From the NCBI GenBank assembly GCA_965116905.1, contig OZ220732.1:2880001-2944000 (forward strand): a stretch of 64,000 nucleotides of DNA, given 5' to 3'. Positions within the stretch are counted from its first letter, which is position 1. Each line of letters begins with the position of its first letter. The stretch comes from Longimicrobiales bacterium (GTDB lineage: Bacteria > Gemmatimonadota > Gemmatimonadetes > Longimicrobiales > Gaopeijiaceae). Below are positions 32,767-42,397 of the stretch, one piece after another. The translations under genes and the position numbers were made by a program. The notes under the pieces are model-generated. The model saw only the letters and a program-made list of their open reading frames with translations. It made no database searches and was not told where the DNA came from.

Positions 32767-33327
32767 GTGGGCGCGAACGGGATTCCGCGGGCAACGGCCC
32801 AGGGCATTCGCCTGGTCGTACTCGATGTGGATGGGGTGATGACCGACGGCGGCGTGTACATCGGGGCCACCCGGGACGGTGAGGCGGCGGAGTTCAAACG
32901 CTTTGACGTGCAGGACGGAATCGGCGTGAAGATGCTGAGACAGGCCGGAATACATGTGGCGATCGTATCGGGCAGGGTTTCCGCGGCGACGGAACTCCGT
33001 GCCGCCGAACTCGGCGTCGCGGATGTGTTCCAGGACGACGGCGCACGCAAGGTGGCGATCCTGCGGCGACTGCTTGCGGCCAGGAAGGTGAGCTGGGCGC
33101 AAGTGGCGCTGCTGGGTGACGACCTGGCCGACCTGCCGGCTCTGCGCAAGGTGGGTCTGCCCGCCACCGTGGCCAACGGCACGGCCGAGGTGCGGGGCGT
33201 CGCCGCGTGGAAGGGTTCGCGGTCAGGCGGACAGGGTGCGGTGAGAGAGTTCGCGGAGGCGCTGTTGAGAGCGCGCGGAGAATGGGACGGACTGGTCGAG
33301 GAGTACTGCCGTGAGCGTAGCGACTGA
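32767..33327 (+). CDS. kdsC: KDO 8-phosphate phosphatase (HAD)
   Basis: DVDGVMTDG, DGIG, SGR, GDDLAD, GGQGAVRE. Confidence 0.95.
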   Translation: MGANGIPRATAQGIRLVVLDVDGVMTDGGVYIGATRDGEAAEFKRFDVQDGIGVKMLRQAGIHVAIVSGRVSAATELRAAELGVADVFQDDGARKVAILRRLLAARKVSWAQVALLGDDLADLPALRKVGLPATVANGTAEVRGVAAWKGSRSGGQGAVREFAEALLRARGEWDGLVEEYCRERSD

Positions 33328-34306
33328 CGTGCGACCCGCCGTCGGGCGTGACGACGGGGTGCTTGCCGAGGGGCGGCGGGTCCTCGAGGCCGAAGCGGAC
33401 GCAGTGAGAAGTCTGGCGGACAGGCTGGGACCGAGCTTCCTCGACGCGGTCGATCTGGTCCACCGCGCAAAGGGGAGAGTCGTGGTTTCCGGCGTCGGCA
33501 AATCCGGGCTGGTCGCCCGCAAGATTGCGGCCACGCTCACGTCGACGGGAACTCCCGCCACCTTTCTCCATCCCGTCGACGGGCTCCACGGCGACCTGGG
33601 CCTGATCGGACCGGAAGACGTGATGATCCTGCTGTCGAAGAGCGGCGCGACCGGCGAACTGGAGGGCCTGCTGGCATTTGCCCGGCGTCACGAAATCGCG
33701 GTGATCGCCCTCACCGGCGACCGTGCTGCGCCCGTGGCGGGACGGGCCACGGTGGCGGTCGACTGCAGCGTATCCTCCGAAGCCTGTCCCATGGACCTCA
33801 CTCCGACCTGTTCCACCACGGCCAGCCTGGCGATGGGCGACGCACTCGCGATGGCGCTGCTGAGGCGGCGGGGCTTCGGGCACCGGGACTTTGCGCGTAT
33901 CCACCCGGGAGGGACCCTGGGGCTGCGCCTGACGCTGACGGTAGAGGACGTTATGGTGAGCGACGACTATCCCGCGGTGCTGCCCGACCATCACGCCCGT
34001 GACGTCATCGTTCCCCTGGCACGAATGAGGGGAACGGTTCCGGTCATTGAAGCGGATCGCTCGGTGACCGGAGTCGTCACGGCAGGCGACCTGACGCGGC
34101 TGATGGAAGGGACGGACGCGTTTCTCGACGTCCCGGTGTCGGGATTCATGAATCGATCGCCCAGGCTCGCCGCGCCGGACGAGCTCGGGTCGGCGGTCGT
34201 CCGGCGGATGGAGGAGCACGGAATCATGGCAATGCCTGTGGTGAGCGACGGGGCCCTGGTCGGCATCGTGCACCTTCACGACCTGCTGCGTGCGGGAGCG
34301 GTCTGA
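33311..34306 (+). CDS. kdsD: Arabinose-5-phosphate isomerase KpsF/GutQ
   Basis: SIS domain GVGKSG, HGDLG, HPGG, plus a CBS pair. Confidence 0.95.
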   Translation: MSVATDVRPAVGRDDGVLAEGRRVLEAEADAVRSLADRLGPSFLDAVDLVHRAKGRVVVSGVGKSGLVARKIAATLTSTGTPATFLHPVDGLHGDLGLIGPEDVMILLSKSGATGELEGLLAFARRHEIAVIALTGDRAAPVAGRATVAVDCSVSSEACPMDLTPTCSTTASLAMGDALAMALLRRRGFGHRDFARIHPGGTLGLRLTLTVEDVMVSDDYPAVLPDHHARDVIVPLARMRGTVPVIEADRSVTGVVTAGDLTRLMEGTDAFLDVPVSGFMNRSPRLAAPDELGSAVVRRMEEHGIMAMPVVSDGALVGIVHLHDLLRAGAV

Positions 34307-34875
34307 TGGCGACCGGTTCGACGCCGGCGGCGAGACCCCGCCGAACCCTGCGCATCGGCATGTGGCTGCCGGTCGGCCTGACGCTGCTGGCGGCGGCGTG
34401 CGTCAATACGACGGAAGAGCAGCCGCCGGCGGGATTGGAGACGGTGGACGCCGACGAGATCATCTACGGTGTGTCCCTCAACATGTCCCGCGAGGGCATC
34501 CGGGAGGCGATGCTCACGGCCGACAGCATGTTCAGCTGGAAGGACTCCACGCACGCACGGGTGATGGGCCTGTCCCTGATCGTCTTCAACGAAAGTGGGG
34601 GACGGAGGGCCACGATTTCGGCCGAGGAGGGACGTCTGAACCGGATGGGCAACGAGTTGACCGCGATGGGCAGCGCGGTTCTGAGCATCCCCGGGCAGGG
34701 CCGCGAAATCCGCACGGAAGAACTCCACTTCGCCCCCGAGGTCGATCGCGTCTGGACCGACGTGCCCGTCGTGATGCACGAGGGCGGGTGCGTGTTCGAG
34801 GGCGACCGGCTCCAGTCGGACATGGATTTCGACGACGTCAGGATCTGGGGAACCCGGGAGCGAGGGTGCTCCTGA
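34306..34875 (+). CDS. lptC: LPS export ABC transporter periplasmic protein LptC
   Basis: Lipoprotein-like signal LAAAC, beta-jellyroll-type sequence (IRTEELHF, VWTDVPV), position in the kds-lpt operon. Confidence 0.8.
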   Translation: MATGSTPAARPRRTLRIGMWLPVGLTLLAAACVNTTEEQPPAGLETVDADEIIYGVSLNMSREGIREAMLTADSMFSWKDSTHARVMGLSLIVFNESGGRRATISAEEGRLNRMGNELTAMGSAVLSIPGQGREIRTEELHFAPEVDRVWTDVPVVMHEGGCVFEGDRLQSDMDFDDVRIWGTRERGCS

Positions 34876-34877
34876 AG

Positions 34878-36854
34878 ATGCGATTCGCCGGACGGGCCTG
34901 CGTGGCGGCGCTTGGCGCAGTGGCGCTTGCCGTGGCAGTTCTCCCCGGCGCATTGGCCGGACAGCAACGGCAGTGCTGGCTGGACGGCGTCGGGGGCTAC
35001 ACCCACAGCACCCGCTTCGATTCCCTGAACTACATACACCGGGCTTCCGGCGGGATCGACTACCGCTGCTCGGACGGCACCCAAATCCTCGCCGATTCGG
35101 CTGTGGTCTACGAAATGAACGGGACGGTGCAACTGTTCGGCCGGATTCGCTTCGAGGACCTGGACACGCGGCTCGACGCCGACAGCGCCCGCTACTTCGG
35201 CAATATCAGCCAGCTCGAGGCGTGGTCGGACGTTACGGTAACGGATCTGCACAGCGACGCGATCATCGAAGGCGACAGTCTCAGGTACTTCCAGGCCTCC
35301 GAGTTCCGCGCCGTGGACCGCGTACTCGTCTACGGGGGCGACCCCCGTGCCACGTTCTATCCACCACCGGTGCCGATGCCGCCCCCGCCTCCCCCGGAGC
35401 CGGAGGCCGCCGACACGGTCGATGCGGCGGCTCCCGACAGTGCGGAAGCCGATCCCCCCGAGGCCGGCGAAACCGACCCGCCCGAGGACGAGGAAACCGA
35501 CCCGCCCCAGGGCGCTGAGGTCCTCGCGGCCGACAGTACCGAGGCCGGTGAAGCCGAGCAAGCCGACAGCGCCGAAGCCGGTCAGCCCGAGCCGGATGCG
35601 ACCGACCCGCCCGAGGACACCGAGGCCCCCGCGGCCGACAGCACCGAGGCCGATCCGGAGGCTGCAACCGTTCCCCCCGCGGATCCACCCCCGGTGGACT
35701 CGGTCAGTCCCCCCCCATACCACATCGAAGCGCGCCGGTTCATGATCGACGGCCGCCGCTATTTCCGCGCGGCCGAAGAGGTGGTCGTGCTGCGCGACTC
35801 CCTGAGGGCCGTCGGAGATTCGCTGGACTTCGACCAGGACCTCGGCACCATGTCCATCATCGGGGACTCGCGCGTGGACCAGCAGGGATTCGAACTGTCG
35901 TCCGACGCGGTAGAGGTGACGCCCACGACGGGGCTGAGCGAGGAGATTCTTGCCCGCGGGAACGCGGAACTCGTGGGCAGGCAAATGACCATGAACGCTC
36001 CTGCCATCCGCATGTTCCTGGACGGTGGCGCAGTCAACCGGCTGGTGGCGATTTCATTGCTCCCTCCGATCGAGCAGGAGGTGCTCGACACGACCGGGCT
36101 GTCGGCTGGCGACGCCGAGCGCGCCCGCGCCCTCGCGGCCGCAGGGGCGAGGGCCGACTCCGCTGAGGCCCAGCCGGTGGACTCGATCGTCCAGCCGTCG
36201 GCCTTTGCGGACGAGTTCAAGCTGACCGCCGACTCGATCGACGTGCTGTCTCCGGCACAGTTGCTCGAGCTCGTGACCGCGGTGGGCTCGGCGCGGGCCG
36301 AGGCCGCGCAACCGGCTTCGGCCGGCTCGGACGGACTTCCCGAGATTGCGAGTCGTGACTGGATGGAGGGCAGTACGATCCTGGCTCATTTTGCCGTGGC
36401 CGACTCGGGGACGGCGGGCGGGTTGACCGGCCAGAACCCGTCGCGACTGGAGACGCTGACCGCGGTCGGCGAGGCTCGCAGTCTCTACCGAATGACCCCG
36501 TCGGACACGGCGGTCACCGAACCCGACGCCCCTCCGGCGTTACACTTAGTCGAGGGCAACCAGATCAGGATCCATATGCGAGGACGAGAAGTCGTGAAGA
36601 TGGAGGTCGAAGGCCAGACCCTGGGCTACCACCTCGAACCGCTGCCGCCGGACTCGGCCGGCGCGGCTGGCGATTCCGCGGCCGCCGGGCTGGATTCGGC
36701 CAACGCAGTGCCCGATTCGGCCAATGCAGTGCCCGATTCGGCCGCCGTGGTCCCGGACAGCGCCACGATCACGCCCGACACGGCCGGGGTTTCTCCCGAT
36801 ACGCTTTCGTCGCGCTCGCGTCCCTTTCTCATGCGCCGCAGAGGCTGGCGATGA
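34878..36854 (+). CDS. Large OstA/LptA-like periplasmic beta-jellyroll protein with acidic/Pro-rich linkers
   Basis: Signal peptide, repeated jellyroll-like segments, position between lptC and lptB; 658 aa. Confidence 0.75.
   Translation: MRFAGRACVAALGAVALAVAVLPGALAGQQRQCWLDGVGGYTHSTRFDSLNYIHRASGGIDYRCSDGTQILADSAVVYEMNGTVQLFGRIRFEDLDTRLDADSARYFGNISQLEAWSDVTVTDLHSDAIIEGDSLRYFQASEFRAVDRVLVYGGDPRATFYPPPVPMPPPPPPEPEAADTVDAAAPDSAEADPPEAGETDPPEDEETDPPQGAEVLAADSTEAGEAEQADSAEAGQPEPDATDPPEDTEAPAADSTEADPEAATVPPADPPPVDSVSPPPYHIEARRFMIDGRRYFRAAEEVVVLRDSLRAVGDSLDFDQDLGTMSIIGDSRVDQQGFELSSDAVEVTPTTGLSEEILARGNAELVGRQMTMNAPAIRMFLDGGAVNRLVAISLLPPIEQEVLDTTGLSAGDAERARALAAAGARADSAEAQPVDSIVQPSAFADEFKLTADSIDVLSPAQLLELVTAVGSARAEAAQPASAGSDGLPEIASRDWMEGSTILAHFAVADSGTAGGLTGQNPSRLETLTAVGEARSLYRMTPSDTAVTEPDAPPALHLVEGNQIRIHMRGREVVKMEVEGQTLGYHLEPLPPDSAGAAGDSAAAGLDSANAVPDSANAVPDSAAVVPDSATITPDTAGVSPDTLSSRSRPFLMRRRGWR
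36651..36806 (+). repeat. 21-bp (7-aa) tandem repeat at the C-terminus of the LptA-like protein
   Basis: GATTCGGCCAA(C/T)GCAGTGCCC units encoding [35 protein letters not shown]. Confidence 0.85.
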
Positions 36855-37633
36855 GCGGGGGAGTGGCGGTAGCGACGGCCTCGATGTTGAGGGGCACCGG
36901 GCTGACCAAGATCTACAAGAAGCGCCGTGTCGTGTCCGAGGTGGACATCCAGGTCCGGCAGCGCGAGATCGTCGCGCTTCTCGGGCCGAACGGGGCGGGG
37001 AAGACCACCACCTTCTACATGCTGGTCGGCCTGATCGCTCCGGACGGCGGACGCGTCTTCCTCGACGAGACGTCACTGACCGGGGTGCCGATGTACAAGC
37101 GGGCGCGGATGGGGGTCGGCTACCTGGCACAGGAGCCGTCGGTCTTTCGGCGCCTGACGGTGGAGCAGAACGTCATGGCGATTCTAGAGACGCTCGATAT
37201 CGATCGCCACGAGCGCGCCGAACGGCTCGAAGAGCTCCTGGGCGAGCTTTCGATCGGCCACCTGCGCAATGCCAAGGCCTTTTCGCTCTCAGGCGGCGAA
37301 CGCCGCCGGCTCGAGATTACCCGAGCGCTCGTACAGCGGCCGAAGTTCATGCTCCTGGACGAGCCGTTCGCGGGTATCGATCCCATTGCCCTGCACGATA
37401 TCCAGGAGATCGTGTCCGAACTCAAGCACCGGGATATCGGCGTGATCATCTCGGACCATAACGTCGAACAGACGCTGGAGATCGTCGACCGCGCGTACAT
37501 CATGCACGAAGGCAGGATACGCGTGGCCGGAACCGTACCCGAGCTCGTGTGGAACGACGAGGTCGCCGACCTCTACCTCGGACCGACCCTGACCGTGCGC
37601 ATGAGATCGAGGTTCCCCCGCCCAGGAACTTGA
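36851..37633 (+). CDS. lptB: LPS export ABC transporter ATP-binding protein
   Basis: [43 protein letters not shown]. Confidence 0.97.
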   Translation: MSGGVAVATASMLRGTGLTKIYKKRRVVSEVDIQVRQREIVALLGPNGAGKTTTFYMLVGLIAPDGGRVFLDETSLTGVPMYKRARMGVGYLAQEPSVFRRLTVEQNVMAILETLDIDRHERAERLEELLGELSIGHLRNAKAFSLSGGERRRLEITRALVQRPKFMLLDEPFAGIDPIALHDIQEIVSELKHRDIGVIISDHNVEQTLEIVDRAYIMHEGRIRVAGTVPELVWNDEVADLYLGPTLTVRMRSRFPRPGT

Positions 37634-37640
37634 GCATCCG

Positions 37641-39098
37641 GTGACCGCGATCAGGACGGGACTGCACCAGAGCGCTCACCTGCGGCAGGAGTTGAAGGCC
37701 AATCCCCGCCTGTACCAGGCGATGGATCTGCTGTACATGCCTCTTCTCGACCTTCAGGCGCGGCTTGAACAGGAGCTCCTGGAGAACCCGTTCCTGGAAC
37801 TCTCCGAACCGGACAACGAAGAGGTCGACTGGCAGGAAGTCCTGATCGACGACTTCGATGCGGGTGGGCAGAGGATGCGCTATGAACCCCGCGAGCCCTA
37901 CGAGCCGGCCGTGGTCGAGACGCGCCATCTCCACGACTTCCTCCGTGAGCAAGTCGGCCTGCTGCATCTCGACGAGCGGCAGCTCTGGATTGCCGAGGAG
38001 ATCATCGGGAATATCGACGATGACGGCCTCCTGACGTGCACCCTGCAGGACGTGGTGGACGGGCTCGACGCCTCGCGCGAGGAGATCCGGGACAAGGCTC
38101 TCGAACAGGCCGGCAAGATCGACGATGACGAAGAGCGCGACCGCGAAATGGCGGAACTGGCGGCTCTCTTCGCTCCGCACAGGCAGTCGGAGGTGGAATC
38201 GGTACTTCTGGTCGTCCAGTCGCTCGACCCTCCGGGGGTCGGAGCGCGCGGCCTCAGGGAGTGCCTGATGATTCAGCTGCGCAGGGAAGACAGGGAGGAC
38301 ACGCTCGCCTACCGGATCGTGGCCGATCATTTCGACGGCCTGCTGGGCCACCGGTGGGTGGACATCGGGCGCGCGCTGGAGATCGCCCCGGGCAAGGTGC
38401 AGGACGCCGCCGACGACATCGCAAAGCTGGATCCCAAGCCCGGGCGACGGTATGCGGCCGACCCGGACCACTACGTCATACCGGATCTCATCGTGGACAA
38501 GATCGGTGGCGAGTACATGGTCTTCGCCAACGACACGGGACTGCCGCGCCTGCGACTTTCCCAGTCGTACCGGGACGTGGCCGCGGACAGGTCGAAGTTC
38601 GTGGGACCGAACAAGGAGTTCATCGCCAACAAGCTCAACGCCGCGCAGTGGCTCATTCAGATGATCGAACAGCGCCGGCAGACCATGCTCAAGGTGATGC
38701 GGTTCATCGTGGCGCGGCAGTCCGGCTTCTTCGAAAAAGGGGTACAGCACCTGAAGCCGCTTACGCTGCGCGAGGTGGCGGATCATATCGAAATGGCTGA
38801 ATCGACGGTGTCGCGCGTGACCAACGACAAGTTTGTCCAGTCACCCAGCGGCGTGCATCCGCTCAAGTTCTTCTTCTCCGGCGGACTGCCCACGGTGACC
38901 GGAGAGGACGTGTCCACTCGCGGGGTCCAGGAGAAGATCCGGAACCTGATCGGAGATGAGGACTCGCAACGTCCCCTGACGGATCAGGCGCTGGTCAACC
39001 TCCTGAAGAGCGAAGGGATCAAGATCGCCCGCCGCACGGTGGCGAAGTACCGGGACCAGCTGGGGATACTGCCCGCCAGGATGAGAAAGCGCATCTAG
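37641..39098 (+). CDS. rpoN: RNA polymerase sigma-54 factor
   Basis: ENPFLE, DPPGVGAR, ESTVSRVT, RpoN box ARRTVAKYR. Confidence 0.97.
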   Translation: MTAIRTGLHQSAHLRQELKANPRLYQAMDLLYMPLLDLQARLEQELLENPFLELSEPDNEEVDWQEVLIDDFDAGGQRMRYEPREPYEPAVVETRHLHDFLREQVGLLHLDERQLWIAEEIIGNIDDDGLLTCTLQDVVDGLDASREEIRDKALEQAGKIDDDEERDREMAELAALFAPHRQSEVESVLLVVQSLDPPGVGARGLRECLMIQLRREDREDTLAYRIVADHFDGLLGHRWVDIGRALEIAPGKVQDAADDIAKLDPKPGRRYAADPDHYVIPDLIVDKIGGEYMVFANDTGLPRLRLSQSYRDVAADRSKFVGPNKEFIANKLNAAQWLIQMIEQRRQTMLKVMRFIVARQSGFFEKGVQHLKPLTLREVADHIEMAESTVSRVTNDKFVQSPSGVHPLKFFFSGGLPTVTGEDVSTRGVQEKIRNLIGDEDSQRPLTDQALVNLLKSEGIKIARRTVAKYRDQLGILPARMRKRI

Positions 39099-40103
39099 AT
39101 GGCGAACCCCGGTGCCACGGCCGGACGGGCGTCGCCCTCCGAGGCCGATGCCTATGGCGACTTCGCACTTGTCGTGCCGGCCTTCAACGAGGCCGAGAAC
39201 GTCCCCAGGCTGGTCCGCTCGATCCGCGGCGCCTTCGAAGAGTTCGGACTCGCGGGCGAAGTCCTGATCGTCGATGACGGCTCCACCGACGGCACCGGGG
39301 ACCTGGCGCGGACCGAGGGTTCGGGATGGCCCGCGCTGCGGGTCCTTGCGCACAGGGTCAACCTCGGGAAGACCGAGGCGCTGCTCACGGCCGCCGCGGC
39401 AACCGACCGGAAGTACCTGGTGCTCTTCGACGCCGATCTCCAGCATCTTCCGGCCGAGATCCCCCGCTTCCTCGACAAGCTCGCCGAAGGGTGGGACATC
39501 GTGACCGGAAGGAAGGTCGGCGCCTACGACAAGCGGCTGGTTTCGTCGATCTACAATGCGGTGAGCCGCCGCATCTTCGACGTGCCCGTTAGCGACCTGA
39601 ACTCCATGAAGGCGTTCCGCGCGGACATCCTCGACACCGTCAGGCTGCGCCACGACTGGCACCGTTTCTTCGTGGTCATGGCCTGCCGCAGGGGGTTCAC
39701 GGCCACCGAGATCGACATCGCGCTCTACCCGAGAGAAGCCGGAGAGTCGAAGTACTCCGGAAAGGGACGGGTCGTCGGAGCCGTACTGGACCTGGTCGCG
39801 GTCTGGTTCCAGCTTCGGCTCTCCCGCAGGCCGATGCTCGCATTCGGGATTCCGGGCCTTCTGCTGATGACGGGCGGGATCCTGACCGGACTCGCCGCAC
39901 TGTTTGCGCGCTACGCCATGGGCGTGGGATTCCGGCCGCTGCTCTACCTGGTCATGCTGCTGGTGACCGTCGGCGTGCTGTTCTTCGTCGCGGGATTCCT
40001 CGCTGAAATGATCGCGTCGGTGCACGACGAACTCGACGCCTACCGGAGACGCGGCTCCGACCGCAGCTCCACGGGAGCGAAGCCTCGTGACCGGGCCCGC
40101 TGA
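39099..40103 (+). CDS. GT2 glycosyltransferase (ArnC/GtrB-like polyprenol-phosphate glycosyltransferase)
   Basis: PAFNE, VDDGSTD, DADLQ, two C-terminal TM helices. Confidence 0.9.
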   Translation: MANPGATAGRASPSEADAYGDFALVVPAFNEAENVPRLVRSIRGAFEEFGLAGEVLIVDDGSTDGTGDLARTEGSGWPALRVLAHRVNLGKTEALLTAAAATDRKYLVLFDADLQHLPAEIPRFLDKLAEGWDIVTGRKVGAYDKRLVSSIYNAVSRRIFDVPVSDLNSMKAFRADILDTVRLRHDWHRFFVVMACRRGFTATEIDIALYPREAGESKYSGKGRVVGAVLDLVAVWFQLRLSRRPMLAFGIPGLLLMTGGILTGLAALFARYAMGVGFRPLLYLVMLLVTVGVLFFVAGFLAEMIASVHDELDAYRRRGSDRSSTGAKPRDRAR

Positions 40104-40145
40104 GCCCGTCGGCCGGGACCGCGATCCGGTCCTGCTCGGGTGACC

Positions 40146-41291
40146 ATGTCGTCGCCGAGGATTCTCTCCGTGATCGGGACCCGTCCGGAGGCCATCAAGA
40201 TGGCTCCCGTGATCCGGGCCCTGGAGGCTCGCGGAGGGACCACGCACCGGGTGGCCCTGACCGGCCAGCACACCGACATGGTCGACCAGGTGCTGAGCGC
40301 CTTCGGCATCGAACCGGACTACGATCTCGACCTGATGACGCCGGGACAGAGCCTCTATGACATCGGCCACGCCTGCCTCGATGGCCTTCGGAAGGTCGCC
40401 GCGGAGTTCAGGCCCGATGTGACGATCGTGCAGGGCGATACGGCGACGGTCTTCTTCGCCGCCGTGGTCACCTTCTTCCAGCAGGGCAGGCTGGCGCACG
40501 TCGAGGCGGGCCTCCGAAGCCATGAGAAGTGGGCCCCGTTCCCGGAAGAAATGCTCCGCCGCATGACCGACACCGTCTCCGACTTCTGCTTTGCTCCCAC
40601 GGCTGCCGCCGCGGCCAATCTGGGCGCGGAGGGCATCGAGTCCGGACGGGTCTGGGTCACCGGCAACACGGTGGTGGATGCGCTCGAAGAGATCCGCTCC
40701 CGTCCGCTTCCGCTGTGCGACCCCCGCGCGGCCGAATTGCCAGGGCCCGGCCGCCGTCTCGTCCTGCTGACCGCCCACCGGCGCGAGTCGTTCGGCCGTC
40801 CGCTCGAACGCGTGTTCGAGGCCGTGGCGTCGCTCGTCCGCCTTGTCGACGACGTGGACGTGCTCTATCCCGTGCACCCCAATCCGAAGGTTCGAGAGCC
40901 CGCCCGGCGAATCCTGGAAGGCCACCCGCGGGTCCACCTGTTGGAGCCGCTGGACTACGGCGATCTCGTCGCCGCGCTCGGCAGGGCGAGTCTGGTGCTG
41001 ACCGATTCGGGGGGGATCCAGGAGGAAGCGCCCGCGTTCGGCGTGCACACCCTTGTCCTCAGGGAGGTGACGGAGCGCCCCGAGGCGGTGCAGGCGGGGG
41101 CCGCCACACTCGTCGGCACCGATGCGGAACGGATCCTGTCCGAAGCGACAGGGCGCCTCGACCGGACGGAGACCGACCCCGTGCCGGCGAATCCCTACGG
41201 GGACGGCCGGGCCGGCGAGCGCATCGCGGACATACTCCTGGCCGAACTGAGGGGGTTGCCGCGCCAGACGGCCGATTGGGGCGGGCCGTGA
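40146..41291 (+). CDS. wecB: UDP-N-acetylglucosamine 2-epimerase (non-hydrolysing)
   Basis: GTRPEAIKMAP, TGQH, HVEAGLRS, PFPEE, TDSGGIQEEA. Confidence 0.96.
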   Translation: MSSPRILSVIGTRPEAIKMAPVIRALEARGGTTHRVALTGQHTDMVDQVLSAFGIEPDYDLDLMTPGQSLYDIGHACLDGLRKVAAEFRPDVTIVQGDTATVFFAAVVTFFQQGRLAHVEAGLRSHEKWAPFPEEMLRRMTDTVSDFCFAPTAAAAANLGAEGIESGRVWVTGNTVVDALEEIRSRPLPLCDPRAAELPGPGRRLVLLTAHRRESFGRPLERVFEAVASLVRLVDDVDVLYPVHPNPKVREPARRILEGHPRVHLLEPLDYGDLVAALGRASLVLTDSGGIQEEAPAFGVHTLVLREVTERPEAVQAGAATLVGTDAERILSEATGRLDRTETDPVPANPYGDGRAGERIADILLAELRGLPRQTADWGGP

Positions 41292-42397
41292 GGATCGTCG
41301 TCCACTGCGTGTACTTCCCCCCCGAGGTGGGCGGACTCGAGAGCCATGTGCACTACCTGTGCCGGGGACTCGCCCGGCAGGGTCACGACGTGACGGTGAT
41401 CACGTCGCTGTCTCAGCCCGGTCTCGCAAAGGAAGAAGTCCGGGACGGTATCCGCATACACCGCACGCCGTTGCCGTCCCGCACACCAGTGGGTTGGTTC
41501 CTTCACGCGGTGGGGTCGACGCCTCGCACGCGCGCAGCCGTACGCGATGCTGACATCGTGCACGCACAGGCGTTTCCGTCGCTCCTCCCTTGCGCACTGG
41601 CACTGGCGGGGGCAAGCGCGCCGCTCCTTTGCACCCTTCACACCTCGCATTTCCTGCGCCTGGCCCGGCGGCCGCTGGCACGGACAGGGCTTGGCAGGCT
41701 CCTCGAACTAAGCGATTACAACTTCGCTGCCAGCAAGGAGATCGCGGATGTCGGCGAGAGCCTGAGCGAGTCGGTGTCGGTGGAGGTCGTGGTCAACGGA
41801 GTGGAGACCGACATCTTTCGGCCAGTGCCGCCCGGGATCGCGCGGCGATCCGGCCGCCAGCGCATCATCGTCCCCCGGCGTCTGTTTCCGAAGAACGGCG
41901 TGGAGTACTTCGTGCGGGCGCTGCCGGCAATTCTGGCGGGCGCGGACGTGGAAGCGATGGTGGTCGGGGACGGGCCGGAACGAGAGCGGCTGCAGGGGAT
42001 CGCGGGGGAGTTGGGGGTGGCGGAACGGATCGAGTTCCTGGGCGCGCGTCCCCACGCGGACATGCCGGGACTGCTGTGCTCGGCGGATATCTCCGTATTC
42101 CCGTCGCTGATGGAGGCGACATCGGTCGCGGCCCTGGAGTCGATGGCATGCGGAGTCCCGGTCGCCGCCTCCGCCGTCGGCGGCCTTCCACAGATCATCG
42201 ACGACGAGGTGGGCGGGCTCTTTGCACCGGCAGACCCGGAAGCGCTGGCCGCCACCGTGTTGCGCCTGCTGGGCGATGCCGGACTGCCCGAGCGTGCGAA
42301 GGCCGCCAGGCGGCGCGTCGTGTCCCATTGGAGCAACGCGCGTCTGGTGGAGCGCCACCTGGAGGTCTACCGTGAGCTGCTGGGGAGGCGCACATGA
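41288..42397 (+). CDS. GT4 family glycosyltransferase
   Basis: PPEVGGLE, NGV, KNG, EATSVAALESMACG (EX7E). Confidence 0.92.
   Translation: MRIVVHCVYFPPEVGGLESHVHYLCRGLARQGHDVTVITSLSQPGLAKEEVRDGIRIHRTPLPSRTPVGWFLHAVGSTPRTRAAVRDADIVHAQAFPSLLPCALALAGASAPLLCTLHTSHFLRLARRPLARTGLGRLLELSDYNFAASKEIADVGESLSESVSVEVVVNGVETDIFRPVPPGIARRSGRQRIIVPRRLFPKNGVEYFVRALPAILAGADVEAMVVGDGPERERLQGIAGELGVAERIEFLGARPHADMPGLLCSADISVFPSLMEATSVAALESMACGVPVAASAVGGLPQIIDDEVGGLFAPADPEALAATVLRLLGDAGLPERAKAARRRVVSHWSNARLVERHLEVYRELLGRRT

Noticed and set aside
35360..36810. Repeats as a CRISPR array
   Set aside because: They are in-frame coding repeats without unique spacers, and no cas genes are present.
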